This document shows, one piece after another, positions 17,340-31,084 of a DNA stretch of 64,000 bases (its first letter is position 1; each line of letters begins with the position of its first letter). The DNA is from Schmidtea polychroa (Eukaryota). The DNA lies in NCBI GenBank assembly GCA_044892525.1, contig CM097885.1:41728001-41792000 (forward strand), given 5' to 3'. The position numbers were made by a program, and so were the translations under genes. A model generated the notes under the pieces. The model made no database searches, had not been told where the DNA came from, and saw only the letters and a program-made list of their open reading frames with translations.

Positions 17340-20044
17340 TCGTGAAGACGTTTTGGAAAATTGGAAAGGCGTGTCTTAGGATAAATCCTGAAAAGTGCCA
17401 TAAAGGGAAGTCAAATTTTTAGGTCACATAATCAACAAACATGGAATACTGGCGGACAAATCAAAGCTAGACGCGATTAAATCATTTGAAAAGCCAAAAT
17501 GTGTTAAGAATCTGAGAAGATTCCTAGGAATATGCAATTACTACAGAAGATTTATAAAGGAATACGCAAAAAGGCTAGAAAGAGCTATGCGGGCTAAACA
17601 ACAAAAAAATAATTTTGACTAACGGATGCAACATCGCATTCGAAAATATGAAAAATTGCTTTAATGTACTCACCTATTCTAGGGTTTCCAGATTTCGAAA
17701 GATAATTCATTCTAGATACTGATGCGAGTTGGAGCAGTATTATCACAGAAAGATGACAACGGGTGCGAAAAGGTTATAGCATACGGTTCTCATGCAATGA
17801 GCAATCATGAAAAGGGATTTTGCATAACAAGGAAAGAGTTGCTGGCAATCTATTATTTTTTTCAACACTTCAATCATTATTTATATGGAAAACGGTTCAT
17901 TTTGAGAACGGACCATAAAGCTATCACGTTTATGTTATCCACAAAGAAACCAATAACAACGCAATTTCAGACATGGATTAACTACCTCAGTAGTCTGGAT
18001 ATTAAAATAGAGTATAGAAAAGGTACGGATCATGTAAATGCAGATATGTTGTCAAGGAGTACATGTGGAACATGTACACAATGTTTATTGGCACACGAAG
18101 ACGCGAAAGTGGAAAGAATGAAAACCCGAAGAATAAACACGATGGAAGAATCTGAAGATTATAAATGGCAAAAAGATAACACAGAAATTGAACAAATAAA
18201 AAAGGAAATAGCACAGGGTTCAAGTTGGAAATTTATACTGGTAGACAACATGGTGAAAACTATAGAGGGTAAGATAAGGATACCTGGAGACAAAAGACAA
18301 GAAATGATTAAGAGTATGCATATTTTGCTATCACACGCAGGAGCAGAAAAGGTGACAAAATATGTAGCGGACAATTACGATATGGGATACATAAAGGAAT
18401 CAGTAAGAGAAACAATTGGGCAATGTGAGGCATGTCAATGAACGAAAGTTGTGACAACAAAGATGAAGGAAGAGATAATTGGCAGCAGAGGAGCCGTGGG
18501 AGAAAGTATACATTGATATATGTGGTTCATTGCAAGAAACATTTAGAAAAAAAGATATATAGTCGCAATGATTGATCAATTTAGCTGATATATCTCTCTG
18601 ACTGCTTTCGCTAAACAGGATGCGGAAACGGTGAAGGAAACAATACTACAAAAATGGATTCTTAGATTTGGAGCACCAAAGGAAATTCACACAGATTGTG
18701 GAAAAGTATTTGAATCTAAGATGATGAAAGATTTTACAAAATCAATGGGAATTACACTATGCTTTTCAAGTCCATACCACCATAAATCAAATGGTGTGAT
18801 AAAACGTCAATTCAGGATAATAAGAGACTACATAAATGTATCAATAAAAGTAAAAAGTAGAACAGATTGGACAGAGATCATACCAGAGATTGAATTTACC
18901 ATGAAAGTGTTGGGTATTTTGTGCAAGTCGGTATTACTGTCTGATTCCTTTGTGTTCTTTTCGAAATTAAATAAACAACCCAACACAAAAATCTTTATTT
19001 GAGACTAATACAGTTACACTTTGGTTACACTTTTATTAATTCAACCACACTTGATACAACCCTTTTTTGGTCTGCACTTTCAATACTACAAATCTTAAGC
19101 AGGGATAAATCTTTCAAAGGGAGATGTCCCTTTCTGGTACGTTCGATTTAAATTATTCAATTGATACTAACTTTAAAGTATTCTTTGTCACTCTCTTGCC
19201 GGTTGCTTTTATATCCATTTTGTAATTGATTTTACTTTGTCAAATTAGTCTGAATATAACTTCCCCCGGGCTTTCTCTTGTAGCTCTAATTCACTTTGAG
19301 GAATTTGCCCGTCTCCTTTGACGGCTCGCTCCAATTTAATTTTAGTCGGCTAATTTAATTGCCTTTCCTAATTTGATTGATAATTCAGTTTTTCTCAAAT
19401 CGCTCGGGTTTTCCATTGTCTCGGGTTCTCCATTAGCTCGGGTTTCCCATTAGCTCCGGTTCTCCATTAGTTAATTAATTTTTAATTAATTTTCTTTTGT
19501 AATTTATTCCCTCTAAGGACTTCCCCATTGATTATATTTTATTGTAGTTGAACTTGTCTCATTATTCGGCATCTGCCCATACCAGTTTCCCCCGGAAAAT
19601 ATTCATTTTTTAATTTTTTAGATTTTTAATTTAAATTTTGTACTTTAAATTTTTATTGTGAATTTGGTGTTTTTATTGATTTTTCACCTCATTTTGTACC
19701 TCTCCTGTTGAACCCCATCAAATGCAACATTTCAGAAATCAATTGGGGGAAGTCCTGCAGAAGTAATATTGGGAAGAAAAATAGCTCGAGAACAATTTCA
19801 TAGTAAAGTTCCGATTTCACAAAAAGAAGACACACGAGAAACAACGCAAACAAAATGATCATTCAATATTGGAGATGAAGTTCTGGTAAAAGTCGAATCA
19901 AGAACGAAAGATAAAGAAAGTTACGAAGGGCCATACAGAATAATGCAGAAGATCCATGATCGCCGATATCTGCTACAAGACCAAAGTGGGAAAATGCTTC
20001 AAAGAAATGTTGAAAAGATAAAGAAGTTTCTTAAAGAAGGTGGA
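17340..20044 (+). mobile_element. Decayed Ty3/Gypsy element (RT end, RNase H, integrase) interrupted by a solo LTR
   Basis: KFLGHII, LRRFLGICNYYRRFI, ELLAIYY, FILRTDHKAI, IEYRKGTDHVNADMLSR, H..LSH...CEAC, TDCGKVFE, SPYHHKSNG, YEGPY; several stops and frameshifts. Polypurine tract AAAGAAGGTGGA followed by TG at 20045 (probable 3' LTR start). Confidence 0.88.
18908..19720 (-). repeat. Solo LTR of the large Gypsy family
   Basis: TGTTGGG...CCCCATCA, colinear with 12320-13213. Flanks AAAG/AATG: removing the LTR plus one 4-bp copy restores the host integrase frame EFTMNATFQKSIGGSPAE. Confidence 0.92.
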
Positions 20045-20539
20045 TGTGAAGTGTTTTCAGTTGAGAATTAAATATTTCAATGATTTATTAAGATAATTTT
20101 AAAGGATAAATAATTTACTATTTAAAATAACTTTTAAAAACATTTTTAAATTAAATTTTTTAAATTGAAATTTTTAAATTTTTAAATTAAAAAATTAAAC
20201 AAGCTTTTTATTAGTAAATCATTTTTAAATAAATATATTTTAAATATCGAAATTTTATTAAATGGTTTTTAAAATATTTTATTCAACGCTGAAAATTTGT
20301 TTGGAAATTATACAATATTTCATTAAATAAATACTTGGAATTATGACGTTGACTTTTGAACCGGATTTAAAAAATAATTTAGAAGATGTGTTAACAGCTT
20401 CTAATAGAAATCATTGTTAATAATTTTCATGATGTTTTGAAGTCTAGCTCCAGATATCTAATCATTGTTGTCACCATGGTTATCATCATCACTGTCATTG
20501 GAGCTTATCTGTGCTTCGTTTTGGGGGTGATTTAATCCA

Positions 20540-21125
20540 GCCTTCACAAATACATTTTTGATTTTTTCCGGTTTGATTCTGTCCCAATCAAACCTCAAGA
20601 TAGATCGCTCTTCTCTCTCAGCTAACTGGGGTAAAGTACTGTTCGCTATTCGTCATCCAGTTATCCCATTCAGCTCTAACGTGTCTTAAATGGGTGATTC
20701 ACTTCGATATCTATGGGATGAAGTTTGTAGGTCAAACCACCAGGAATTACCGCAATATGTGTACCAAGTCTATTTACCGTTGCTTGGACTTCAGTCTCTT
20801 TATGATCTACTATTGAATCGAAAATCAATAAAGATTTCGGTGAGAAAAGTTTGCCAGGTAGTGCTTTGTAACATTTCGCGATTTATAGCTTCATTACGTT
20901 GCATTTCATTTACCCCTACTTGCTGCAGAGGACCACGATGACTTTCTATGAGCATCCAAATATTTTTAAATATATAACCATGGGTTTTAATTTTATTCCA
21001 TTTGCGGTGCACGCCAATACAACGGTGAAGCACGTGTGCTTGTGACCCGTCGTCGTCACTTCCACCATCTTGCCGCTAGTTTCTGAAATTGATCTTGTTG
21101 CTGGAATGTCAAATGTCATTGGAAC
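20540..21125 (-). mobile_element. pogo/Tigger transposase relic
   Basis: Manual translation gives PMTFDIPATRSI..TTGHKHTCFTVVLACTANGIKLKPMVI and IAVIPGGLTYKLHPIDIEVNHPFK (pogo DDE blocks), disrupted. Confidence 0.8.
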
Positions 21126-21339
21126 TTGATTATTGGTCCTGGAGAAAGATTTAACTCACCAACTTCCTTTGAAACAAAATCTTGGAAATTCAGAAGCTTA
21201 TGTTCCCAGTTGTCGGGAAGACACTGGCCGAAAGAAATTGGTGAATACTTATTTAAGTCGTGGTCAGCTCAGGGAAGAGAATACAACAAACATAAACATA
21301 CAAAAAAATGAAAATTTTCAAATAATTGGTTTGTGAAGT

Positions 21340-21537
21340 AATCTGTTTTGTCAAGCTGATTAACGAAGTATATGTCGTCAGTGAGAATTTTATTGATTTT
21401 ATAATATAAATAAAATATAATATAAATATAAATGAAAAAAACTGGAGAAGGACGAAGTTCAGAAATACTGAAAAAACTTTCAAAAGATGATTTGAATTTT
21501 CAGAATTGCCGTGGACAAACTTACGACAACGGTTCTA
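21340..21537 (+). mobile_element. hAT (Zaphod/ZMYM1-like) transposase relic
   Basis: ENFIDFI...KTGEGRSSEILKKLSKDDLNFQNCRGQTYDNGS matches the CRGQxYDNG motif. Confidence 0.7.
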
Positions 21538-22627
21538 TTTGTTCATTTTGGCTAATAATTCAATATTATGCAAAACAACGTAAACTTGCTAGCCACAACC
21601 GTCGTCTGCTGTAGTTTACATGTTGAAAGTTTGATTTTGAAAATTATGTAATTTTTAATGTTAAAACGTGGTTTTTAGGAAACCTTTTGCGCGTAAACGG
21701 AACTTAAGGTAATTTAAATTCAGTAGAAAACTTTGAAATACATATGACAGGTAGACGGGAAAATATTCAGGTATAGCCCATGCGTTATATGTGTGAAAAT
21801 ACTATAATCTAATGTTTTTGATTCAGTTGATGAAAAAGTTCTTGGACATATTTGAAATACTTTAAATGCTGATTTTAGATTCATTGACACTAGAACTATT
21901 AAATGTGGCATCTCTAGTAAAAAACATTGTAAAGATTTCAAATCTACTGTTTATGTTTTTCCAAATTATTATACACAAATTTAGTCAAATTACCTATGAC
22001 CAACGAAATACATCAAATTTACCCTGAAAATTTTATTTCAAAATATCTTTTAAAAATTAAAATTGTCCCACTAAACATGTCTCGAAACACACTACTAAAC
22101 CTATGATGCGCCACGTCTCCATGTTGATACCACAACATCACTTAAAAATTAGAACCATCTTTAAAATAACCAGCTTTCGTCACCTCTGCACTTTTAAAAT
22201 TACAATTTAGAAAATCAACATCAGAAGTTTGAAATTGATATTGTTATTTTACGAAGAACCTTGTTTATTACTCTTTAAAGACAAATGCTTTCCTAAAATT
22301 TGTGCTAACATACCATTTAGTCTCATAGAAATGGATAAAATTGTTATATTTTCCAGTTTCTAATTGTATTTTTGCACAATAAGTGTTACATTTAAGTGCC
22401 AAATCACAATTTGTAAATAAAAATTATTAATTAATAAATTTCAACAGTTTATATTTATTTTTCAATTTGTTTAAATCACTTGATTTTAAAGTTACAATAA
22501 AAGCAAAGTTTTAAATTATAAATTTAATTTTATCATTAATTTTAATAAAAAATAATAATTTCAAGTTATATTTCAATTTAAAATAAGAATTGATTTATTT
22601 TTAAACCCATTTTCAGGAAATCTAACA

Positions 22628-22670
22628 ATGCGTTCGATTTTCAATTTAATTATATCTCTGACGATTTTAG
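22628..22670 (+). CDS. TMEM132: TMEM132-like gene, coding exon 1 (signal peptide)
   Basis: ATG CGT TCG...: MRSIFNLIISLTIL, donor G|GTAAAG. The 49-bp intron to ttAG|22720 keeps frame with the 304-aa ORF. Confidence 0.7.
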
Positions 22671-22719
22671 GTAAAGTTTTATTTATCAACTGACTTGATA
22701 CTTCATCACTGTCGTTTAG

Positions 22720-23605
22720 TAATTATTATTAAATTCTCCAAAACAACATTGTCACTCAATATTAAGCCGACCAAGAATGTATTGAAGTTGTGCGATCATG
22801 GAAACAGTTCCTGTGTCAATGAAATATTGACCCAGAGATTTGTGATTTTCAATTCAGAAATCAATCAAAATATCACAGTGAAACTCGGTGATTTACAGAG
22901 CGCTTTACCATTGCATGAAAAATCTGAATTGTATAATGTGAAAATCTTTGCAGAACGTCGTGGATATTTACCGCCGTCGAATTCAAATGAGATCGTCATT
23001 AATACTATTTGTCAATTCACTTATCCGTCAATCCTCATGTCTCATATAGATGACAATTTCTGTTGCCGAGTCGAATTATTGATCGACAGTAAGTCGAAAT
23101 CAATCCCGAATCCGTTTTCAGTTTGTGATTTGAATCTTCAATTGAATGAAGTCCATTGTTTCGTTCCGATCAAGTTTGCTTATTCACAATTTCTGAACGA
23201 CAAAATTCTGCCTTTGATTGGAATTGTCTACAAGAAAAGCCCTGGCCATTGCAATTTTCAACCGAAACCCGAACACATATATCAAGTGTCCAAAGGCCTC
23301 GGGATTTCATTCAGTAGCCAGTTGCCGGTCATTTGGCAACCTACGGACTCACAGAAATTCACAATTTTATTAGGAATTCCTCTCTATTCTGTGAAAGATT
23401 TGGAAAATCTGTTGATTCCAGTTCGACTTGTGTCGGATCTTGTGGATTTATCCAATCAAATCATTCGAATTAATTGTCAACTTGATTCGAATATTTTGTT
23501 CCATTCAGTCATTGCCAATTCTCCGAACGAGTCGATAATAGTGAATACAAACTTCCAATATGATGATTGGACTTCTGTTGACGTGAAATTGAAAATTACT
23601 CCGAG
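22720..23605 (+). CDS. TMEM132: TMEM132-like gene, coding exon 2
   Basis: Long ORF 22695-23609; donor CCGAG|GTAAT (phase 2) matches the acceptor at 34904. Confidence 0.8.
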
Positions 23606-24372
23606 GTAATGATGGATTTTTATTGAGATTTATTCATGTTTATCATTTATTTGTATTGATTTTAAATATTTTACTGACTTTTAAAAATTAAATTTATTAT
23701 GAATGAAATTTTATTATTAATTGATTTTCAATAAAAAAGAATAGATTAACATTGAAAATGTTTTTTTAAATGGACGCAAAATTTTACCTGCTTTTGTCTA
23801 AAGCTTTCTATACTCGCTTGCTAGCCAATAAGAAGTCACGATTTATGTTTTCGAATAGCGAATAGTAACTTGGAATAATTAATTTTAAAATAAAATATAA
23901 ATTGTAATTTGATAATCGTATTATTATAATTAAATATTAATTATTTATTTTATAATAATTATTATTCACTTTTCTGAATAATAATATTATTATTAGTTAT
24001 CATGATTTACTTATTTTTATTATAATTATTATTTACTATTGTTATTAATATTGGTTTTAATAATAATAATATTATTAAATAATTATAAGTCATTAGTTAT
24101 CATAATTTTATTATTATTATTACTCGCTATAACCTGTCAAAATGACAGTCTTTTTCATGTTTAAATTTCAGCTTTATATAATAATTAGTTATTTTTATGT
24201 TCTAGTAGTGTAGAAATAAAAACACTATTATATTTAAAAAGCCATTTTTGTATTCAATAATTTTGGAAACTTATATAAAAATAATCAATAACTAATAATT
24301 AATTAATATACATTTTAAATCTCTAAATAGCGTTAGAGTCATGCATTGTTACATAGAAAATTATGAATTTAG

Positions 24373-24437
<65 letters not shown>

Positions 24438-24439
<2 letters not shown>

Positions 24440-25130
24440 TGCCTCAATAAAACAAACTTTGCTTTCCATTCTTCTCATTTCTAATACCTTATTCATTTCT
24501 TTTTCATTTTTCGCATTGTCTTACAATCTTCTGCAATCAATATAGATAATTTCTAAACTTTCTTTTAGCTTATTATTTTTGTGTATTCTGTTATCGCTAT
24601 TTGCCATGTATCCTGATTTCTATGATCATGATTTCATTTATTTTGAGATTGTGTATTACTTTATCATCAGTGTTGGGTGATGTTTTAATACTTTTTACAA
24701 CTCCAATTTCAGTTAATATCTATTTAATCTTGTTGGTCATATTGCTTACACTTCTATTGTTTGATGCTATTTTTGTCAAAAAGAAAAAATGAATACATTA
24801 CAATTACTATTTGTGACTTTGCGTATAATCATGACCTAGCATCATGTTACATTGTTTCGCTAAATGGTTTACTGTATTTTTCCTTAGCATTGTGATCTCT
24901 ATTTATTTCATTGTTAAAAATGGAATTCTTTGCGAGTAATTGTCTCACATCTTCATCAATTCTGCATAATCTAATGGCAGAACTTCAATATAATAATTAA
25001 TTATTGACAAAATGTACTAATGTGTTGCTTTAGTATAAGATTTCCTATCAATCCACATTTGTATAGTATTTTGATTATTACTTTTTTCTTTATCTTACTT
25101 ATATATTATTGTTTCACACGTTCTATGTAA
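24438..25130 (-). mobile_element. Degenerate R4/Dong-like (RLE) non-LTR retrotransposon fragment ending in a (TAA)n tract
   Basis: TVNHLAKQCNMMLGHDYT (24822-24878) resembles the C-terminal CCHC finger of RLE elements; NEIMIIEI lies downstream; the 3' end abuts (TAA)n at 24372-24437. Confidence 0.5.
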
Positions 25131-26347
25131 AGAATAATTCTTGAAAAACTTTATTTTATATGACTGGGTTAATTATGAGTATTTCAAAGATTCAAATTAT
25201 TCATTTTAAAAATAAAGAAATATAAATTAATAAAAAATATTGTCCTTCACAATGATCGACAACGCCCAGTGAGAAAGTCAAGTGCTGGTCACAGATGGTA
25301 TCAAGCGTGTTAATAGTTCAAACGTGTTCTTGATCATTTAAAACATATGATGGATACCACTGATAATATGATGTTACGTAATCGATAAAGAAAAAAAATA
25401 TTAATTTTATTTTTGAATTAATAAATTTGAGTTTGAATCTATTGAATACATTACATAATTATTATATTTATCTTCGACCAGTGATTTAATAAAGCTTGAG
25501 TTCATGGAATATTGAATAGGTGCCGCACTTATGTAATATTGTAGCCAATGGTGCTTGAAGAAATCGATATTTATTATCGTGTCGAATCATGTTTTGATTG
25601 AGTTGTCAAGTTTTAATAATCACTCAGCAATTGATTATGATTGGACCGCTCAAATAAATTACAAGCGATAATTAGCAGCACCAATTTCAATTAAGTTCTT
25701 TCTGTTAGTAAAATAACATTTTAATAAAAGAAGTAAGTTTTCAACAGATTTTAATTAATTACTTATAGACAGTTCTTAGAAATAATTCGAATTCAAATAT
25801 GAATAGTTATAGATAAGTATTTAAAATATATTCCTCATAATAAAATTCAAGGACTTTCAATTTTTTTCTAATATTTTTTGGTATGTTGCATAGGTTTTAA
25901 TTACTAAATATTTCTATATTGTCTGGTAATATTTTTTAGGTATTGTGTAGTCAATCTCGACGGATTGATATTGAATTAATAAAAAAACCTATATAATATA
26001 CGTTTTATTTTACGTTTTTTTCTAGATTCCTAGTAATAGAAAAAGATAAATAATTATTAAGAGATTTATTGTATATCATCCTCAATATGTATTAAAGTGT
26101 AACGGTTTTCAACTAATTTTTTTTTATAAAATCTGGAAAGAAGAGCAATTAAAACTTTAACACATTTCAAAGCATTTTGTATTTTTAATAAATCAAAAAA
26201 TATTTTTAAATTAAATTTCAAGATTGTTATGGAGGATGTCACTCGTCTATAAATTTACGAATAGTCTAGAAATGTAACCCAAAGTGACTTATCTGTAAAA
26301 ATTGAAAGAGGTTTGAAAACAAACAAAACAGGAGAAAGCGAACAGCT

Positions 26348-26776
26348 CATGGGTGTCCACAAGGAGGCAAGTGGGGGCACTTGCCCCCCTGAATTTCCCA
26401 AACCATTCTATTTTTCGATTAATTTAAAAACTATTTTAATAGATGCGCTCAAATAATGTTGGAAAAACCCAAGACAGAAAAAAATTTAATTTAAAGAGGC
26501 TTCCTGTTTTTTTTAATGTTATTAATTATATCTGGAAATCAATGATTTCAAATCATCTTATTTGTATAAAAACTTTCAATATTAACTGACGTTCTGGTTT
26601 TAAAAAGTGTTCTATTTTGTAAATAAACGAAAGAAAAGTCCTATTTTGTATAATGCCCCAAATATTTATTTTACACATGCATATTTTTTCAACTCTCTTC
26701 CCCCATAAAAAATTATCTACTTGGTAAAAAAATATTTTTGCCCCCCCCATTGGAAAAATTCCTGCGGACGCCCATG
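26348..26776. mobile_element. hAT-type MITE
   Basis: TIRs CATGGGTGTCCAC / GCGGACGCCCATG; 8-bp flanks GAACAGCT / GAACGGCA (6/8 identical). Confidence 0.75.
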
Positions 26777-28143
26777 GAACGGCAATTATTATTTATTACC
26801 CCATAATAATGGAGAACAAGGAAATCACCAAAAAATATTATTAGCGTTATCATTAAATATGTTGACAATTCAAATATTATTTTTCAATACATCTTTTGCT
26901 GGAATATAATCATTCATTTATTGCATATTTCCCAAAAATGCAAGGAAATCAAAAGCATGAAGCATGTTAAAACATTTTATCTCCAGTGTGTTAATAAGAC
27001 ACTTTTTCAGATAGGTTGTTGGTTTCATTGTTTCAACAATTTCATATTAAAAATGTAAGTAAAATTTATGGAGATTTATATATTTGTAAGTAAATATTTG
27101 ATTGAGTTGGGAATATTGTTTTATATATATTTAAGAATGAGCAAAATTTTAATCGCTGAATTAAAATAACTTATACAATGCATATTGAATGAAACTGACT
27201 GGTTTCGAGTCTCTGAAAAATATCTGAAGAAGTTCATATATGTAGAGAAGCTTTTAGAAAAGCTTAAAATAGTACCTAAAATGAAAGATTAGGTGAAAAA
27301 AAAATTTAATAAAAAACAATTCATAAGTTCATAAAATTAATGTGAAGTTAAACAAATAAATGTTTTTGAAATTTTTAGATAAATTTATATTTATAAATAT
27401 ATTCAATAAAAATTAAAAAGAAAATGAAACAATATTTTTGATTTTTTCACCGCCTATTTACTAGGCAGGTGGGTCACAAAATATTCCTGTTTCTTAAATG
27501 AAAACTTGATTCACGAAAGTTTGGAAACCGCTAATTTTTTTGTTCATTTGGTAAAGAATCAAGTAAATGCAAGACCATATGGGAAAGAAGATAAAAGAAT
27601 ATTTATAAAATAAATATCCTAGTTTTTTCCTACAAATTGTTGGCTGAGACACCTTCAGAATTGATGCAAATGATAAATGAATGTTTTATGCCAAAAGCTG
27701 CGTATTACGTGAATCCAATTGTCTTCAAAATTTCTTTACAATATACTCTGGGACCTTAATTTTTAATTCAAATAAACAATACTTAAACTAACCAAATGTA
27801 TTATTGTTATTTCTTATCATGGCATGTTATAATGAAAAAAAAATTTTGCAAAAATTATGTTTATATACTCTTACAAACTTTTTCACGAAAATTTCATATT
27901 CTTTCTGTCTTTACTGTCAAAAAAGATTATTAAAATTTGACAAACAAAAATCTCAACTGACTATTTTCAGACATCTCTGGCATTGAAATATTGTTTTCTA
28001 TAATTTCTTATAATTTTTATGGTCACATAAATCATCAATAGATCATAATATATTTTTACATAGATTGAACAATTTTTGTCAATTTTTGTTTCATATCGTT
28101 CCTAATTCCATTCCCCACACATTTTGTTTGATTTCATATATAA

Positions 28144-28855
28144 CAACGGTGGACAAATGCGGCTCTTAGAGCCGCATGCGGCTCTTCGTTGAGTAAACTG
28201 CGGCTCATTGATAATTGAATTCTTGATAATCGAATTCGATTTTATAAATCTACATTTGCATTTTTTGTGAACCCATTTATTTGTGATATTATTGAAGATG
28301 GATTTCCAATTTCTGAAGTAATACTTGTTAAAAAAGCGGTTGGGGAATTGGAGTTATTAGATATGAAAGAGGACCAGGCTTTTCAAATGCACCATAAATC
28401 TACTTCTATAGTTGAATTTTGGAAACTCGTACCAGAGGCAAAATATCCACACTTAAAACAAGCTGCTTGCCGTCTAATTTCAATTTTTGGTACAACATAT
28501 TGCTGTGAATCTTTGTACTCCACAATGAAGTTCGTAAAGTCGAAATATCGTTCACAGTTGACCAATCAGCATCTTACAGAATTGCTGCGAACAGCTTTAA
28601 CAAAGTATACACCAAATTTCAAAGATTTGACCAAAAGTCTTCGTTAATTCAAGAAATTTTATTACTTTTTATTAATGGATTTTTATGTTTGTTACTTAAT
28701 GTTTGAAATAATTATTTTGTTTTTTTTAATAGCGTTTAAGTCTCTTTAATCAAATTAATGAAATAAAAAAAAATATGTACTTTACTATGGTGGCTCTGTA
28801 AAAAAATAAATTTTCGGAAAATGGCTCTTATTGAACCCATGCGTGCCCACCCTTG
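28144..28855 (+). mobile_element. Internally deleted hAT (Buster/SPIN-like) transposon retaining the C-terminal dimerization domain
   Basis: TIRs CAACGGTGGACA / TGCCCACCCTTG, perfect 8-bp TSD ATATATAA, subterminal GCGGCTC repeats; ORF 28267-28647 FWK..KYPHLK..ISIFGTTYCCESLYSTMKFVKSKYRSQL. Confidence 0.9.
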
Positions 28856-30750
28856 ATATATAAGATTAAACCTTTTTAATCTCTTTCCTAGGTGTAACGT
28901 AATATTACATTTTAGCTTGTTTTTCACAAAATCTGTTTGGAAATTACTCCAACATCAACCTGACCTGACATGTGGTTCAAGAAAATAAAAATAAAATTAT
29001 GTTATAGTTTTTCACATTTTTTAAAATAATATTTCATAAATTTCTTTTGCATTTCATCAAAAATAAATTCATGGTAAGTATTAAAATAAAATTTCATTTA
29101 ATTAAAATAAAATTAAATTAAACTATCCAATTTCATTTACTTACGTGATATAATATTTGTTTAAATATAATATTTAAATATAATATTAAAGATTTTACTA
29201 TTTAAGGTTTGTTAAGTTCTAGTTTCGGATGAAGCTAAAAGGATATTTGATACATTTTTTGGGGGTTTTCAATTAACAGTAGAAAAATATACAGGTGTAT
29301 TATCCCATTTTTGGAATTTCTTTATACTTAAATTTTAATTAAAATACTGATCGTTTCTAATAAGTTGGAGTTATACTTACTAACATTTAATTTTAAATAT
29401 TGACCAAAAATGTATAAAAATATCAGCCTAAAGCAAACCATGTGGTTAAAGACTGATTGTGGGAGTTATCTTTTTTTCTGGAAATTAAATTAAATTTAAA
29501 AAATAGCATAAAATATATTTGCGAACAATATATTCACCGCCCCCCCACCTTGTATTAATTATTAGTTATTATCAGTAATTCATTTAAAGATGTTTAAAAT
29601 AAAATTAATAATTTCTCTAAATTAATATTTGAAAATTTAAAATGAAAATAAAATTAATCAATAAAAGTTTTTATTAATAATTTGACGAAGAGTAAAGAAA
29701 TGACCCTTATTATGTTGTATCAGTTACTCGTACATAATTTCATCTAGTTTACTTTTAATGATTTCAATTTACAATATGCCATGAAATAGTGAAGGTGAAA
29801 AATTCATCAACCAAAATTCACTAATTGTGGTGAATTATATACATAAAGGTTTATACTAATAAATATCTTTAAATTGTATAGCTAAGGCACCGCCCGTCTG
29901 ACTTGTAATATTTTAAAAAACAAAAAAATCAATTCAATGAGGTTGTATTAAAAAAAACATTTAATAATGATAAAAATCCCAAATTGTGAATTACTTCAAT
30001 TCTATACAATGTATAGTATACATAAAAGGAACAGAAATAAAATATTTACCACTATTTTATCGAAAATTGTTTAACAGTAATTTTTCATTTTATGAAATTT
30101 CTCGAAATAGAAAATAATCAGGTAAATTAAAGAGACAGTCTAGCTAGATTTTCTTATGATTTCCGTAATTATCAAAATTATGAAGAAAAGCCTAATTTGC
30201 TCGCAAATACGTCTTTTATGATTTTTTAAATTTTTAACATAAGGAAAAATGTGTTTTTTACTGTACGAAATGTTGTAAAATGTCAAATTTATTAAAAAAA
30301 AACTTCAATAATGAGTTTTTAATTAACAGGTTCAATTATCGTATCGGTCTTCAGTTTGAAAGTGATATTCAATGCGATTTCTAATGGTAGATTAGTTCTG
30401 AGCTTTTTTCGATCCTATCCAGAATAGTAACCAGTAACTTTTTGATAAGAACCCATGATATGACCTCTTCACTGCCAGGCCACATTAGCCAGCAAATCTA
30501 ATTACAAACTTTAATTGTGTTAACTCATTTTTGATGACACAATCATGATATGAGTTGCGCATACGCCTAGTTTGTAAGACATCAAATGTATTTATATATA
30601 GAGGTGATAAGAGTGGAATATAAAAAATTATGATATTTGATGCAAAGTGGTAATATTTTGGGATTGGGTTACCAAGTTGCTGGTTACAATCGAGTTTCAA
30701 TTGAATTTCTTTATCGATGTGAGTAGTGTTAGCTAGTTGGCCATTGAAAT

Positions 30751-31084
30751 CAGTGGCGTAGCTAGAGTACTTGGCGCCCGGGCTTACTATAAAAATTTTT
30801 TTGTGATATTAAAATAGACATATGTAAAAACGCCAAATATAAGATGCATATTAATAAATTCTAAAATAATATTTTAAAAAAATATAAAATATAAAAATAT
30901 AACAAAACTATAAAAAAACTGGAAAACAGAAAAATAAAATCCCTTTTTCATCGTTTATTTTAAAAAATTTTCAATGCTTGGCTATATTTATATATTTTAT
31001 ATATATTGCGTTCAATCCGGTGCCCCAAAAATTGTGGCGCCCTGGGCAACTGTCACCCCTCGCCCCCACCTCGCTACGCCACTG
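30751..31084. mobile_element. hAT (Tip100-like) MITE
   Basis: Perfect TIR CAGTGGCGTAGC / GCTACGCCACTG and perfect 8-bp TSD ATTGAAAT. Confidence 0.9.

Noticed and set aside
12320..19720. The two LTR copies as the paired ends of one element
   Set aside because: They are clearly diverged, the right copy has its own TSD inside another element's integrase, and the PBS/gag lie left of the left copy.
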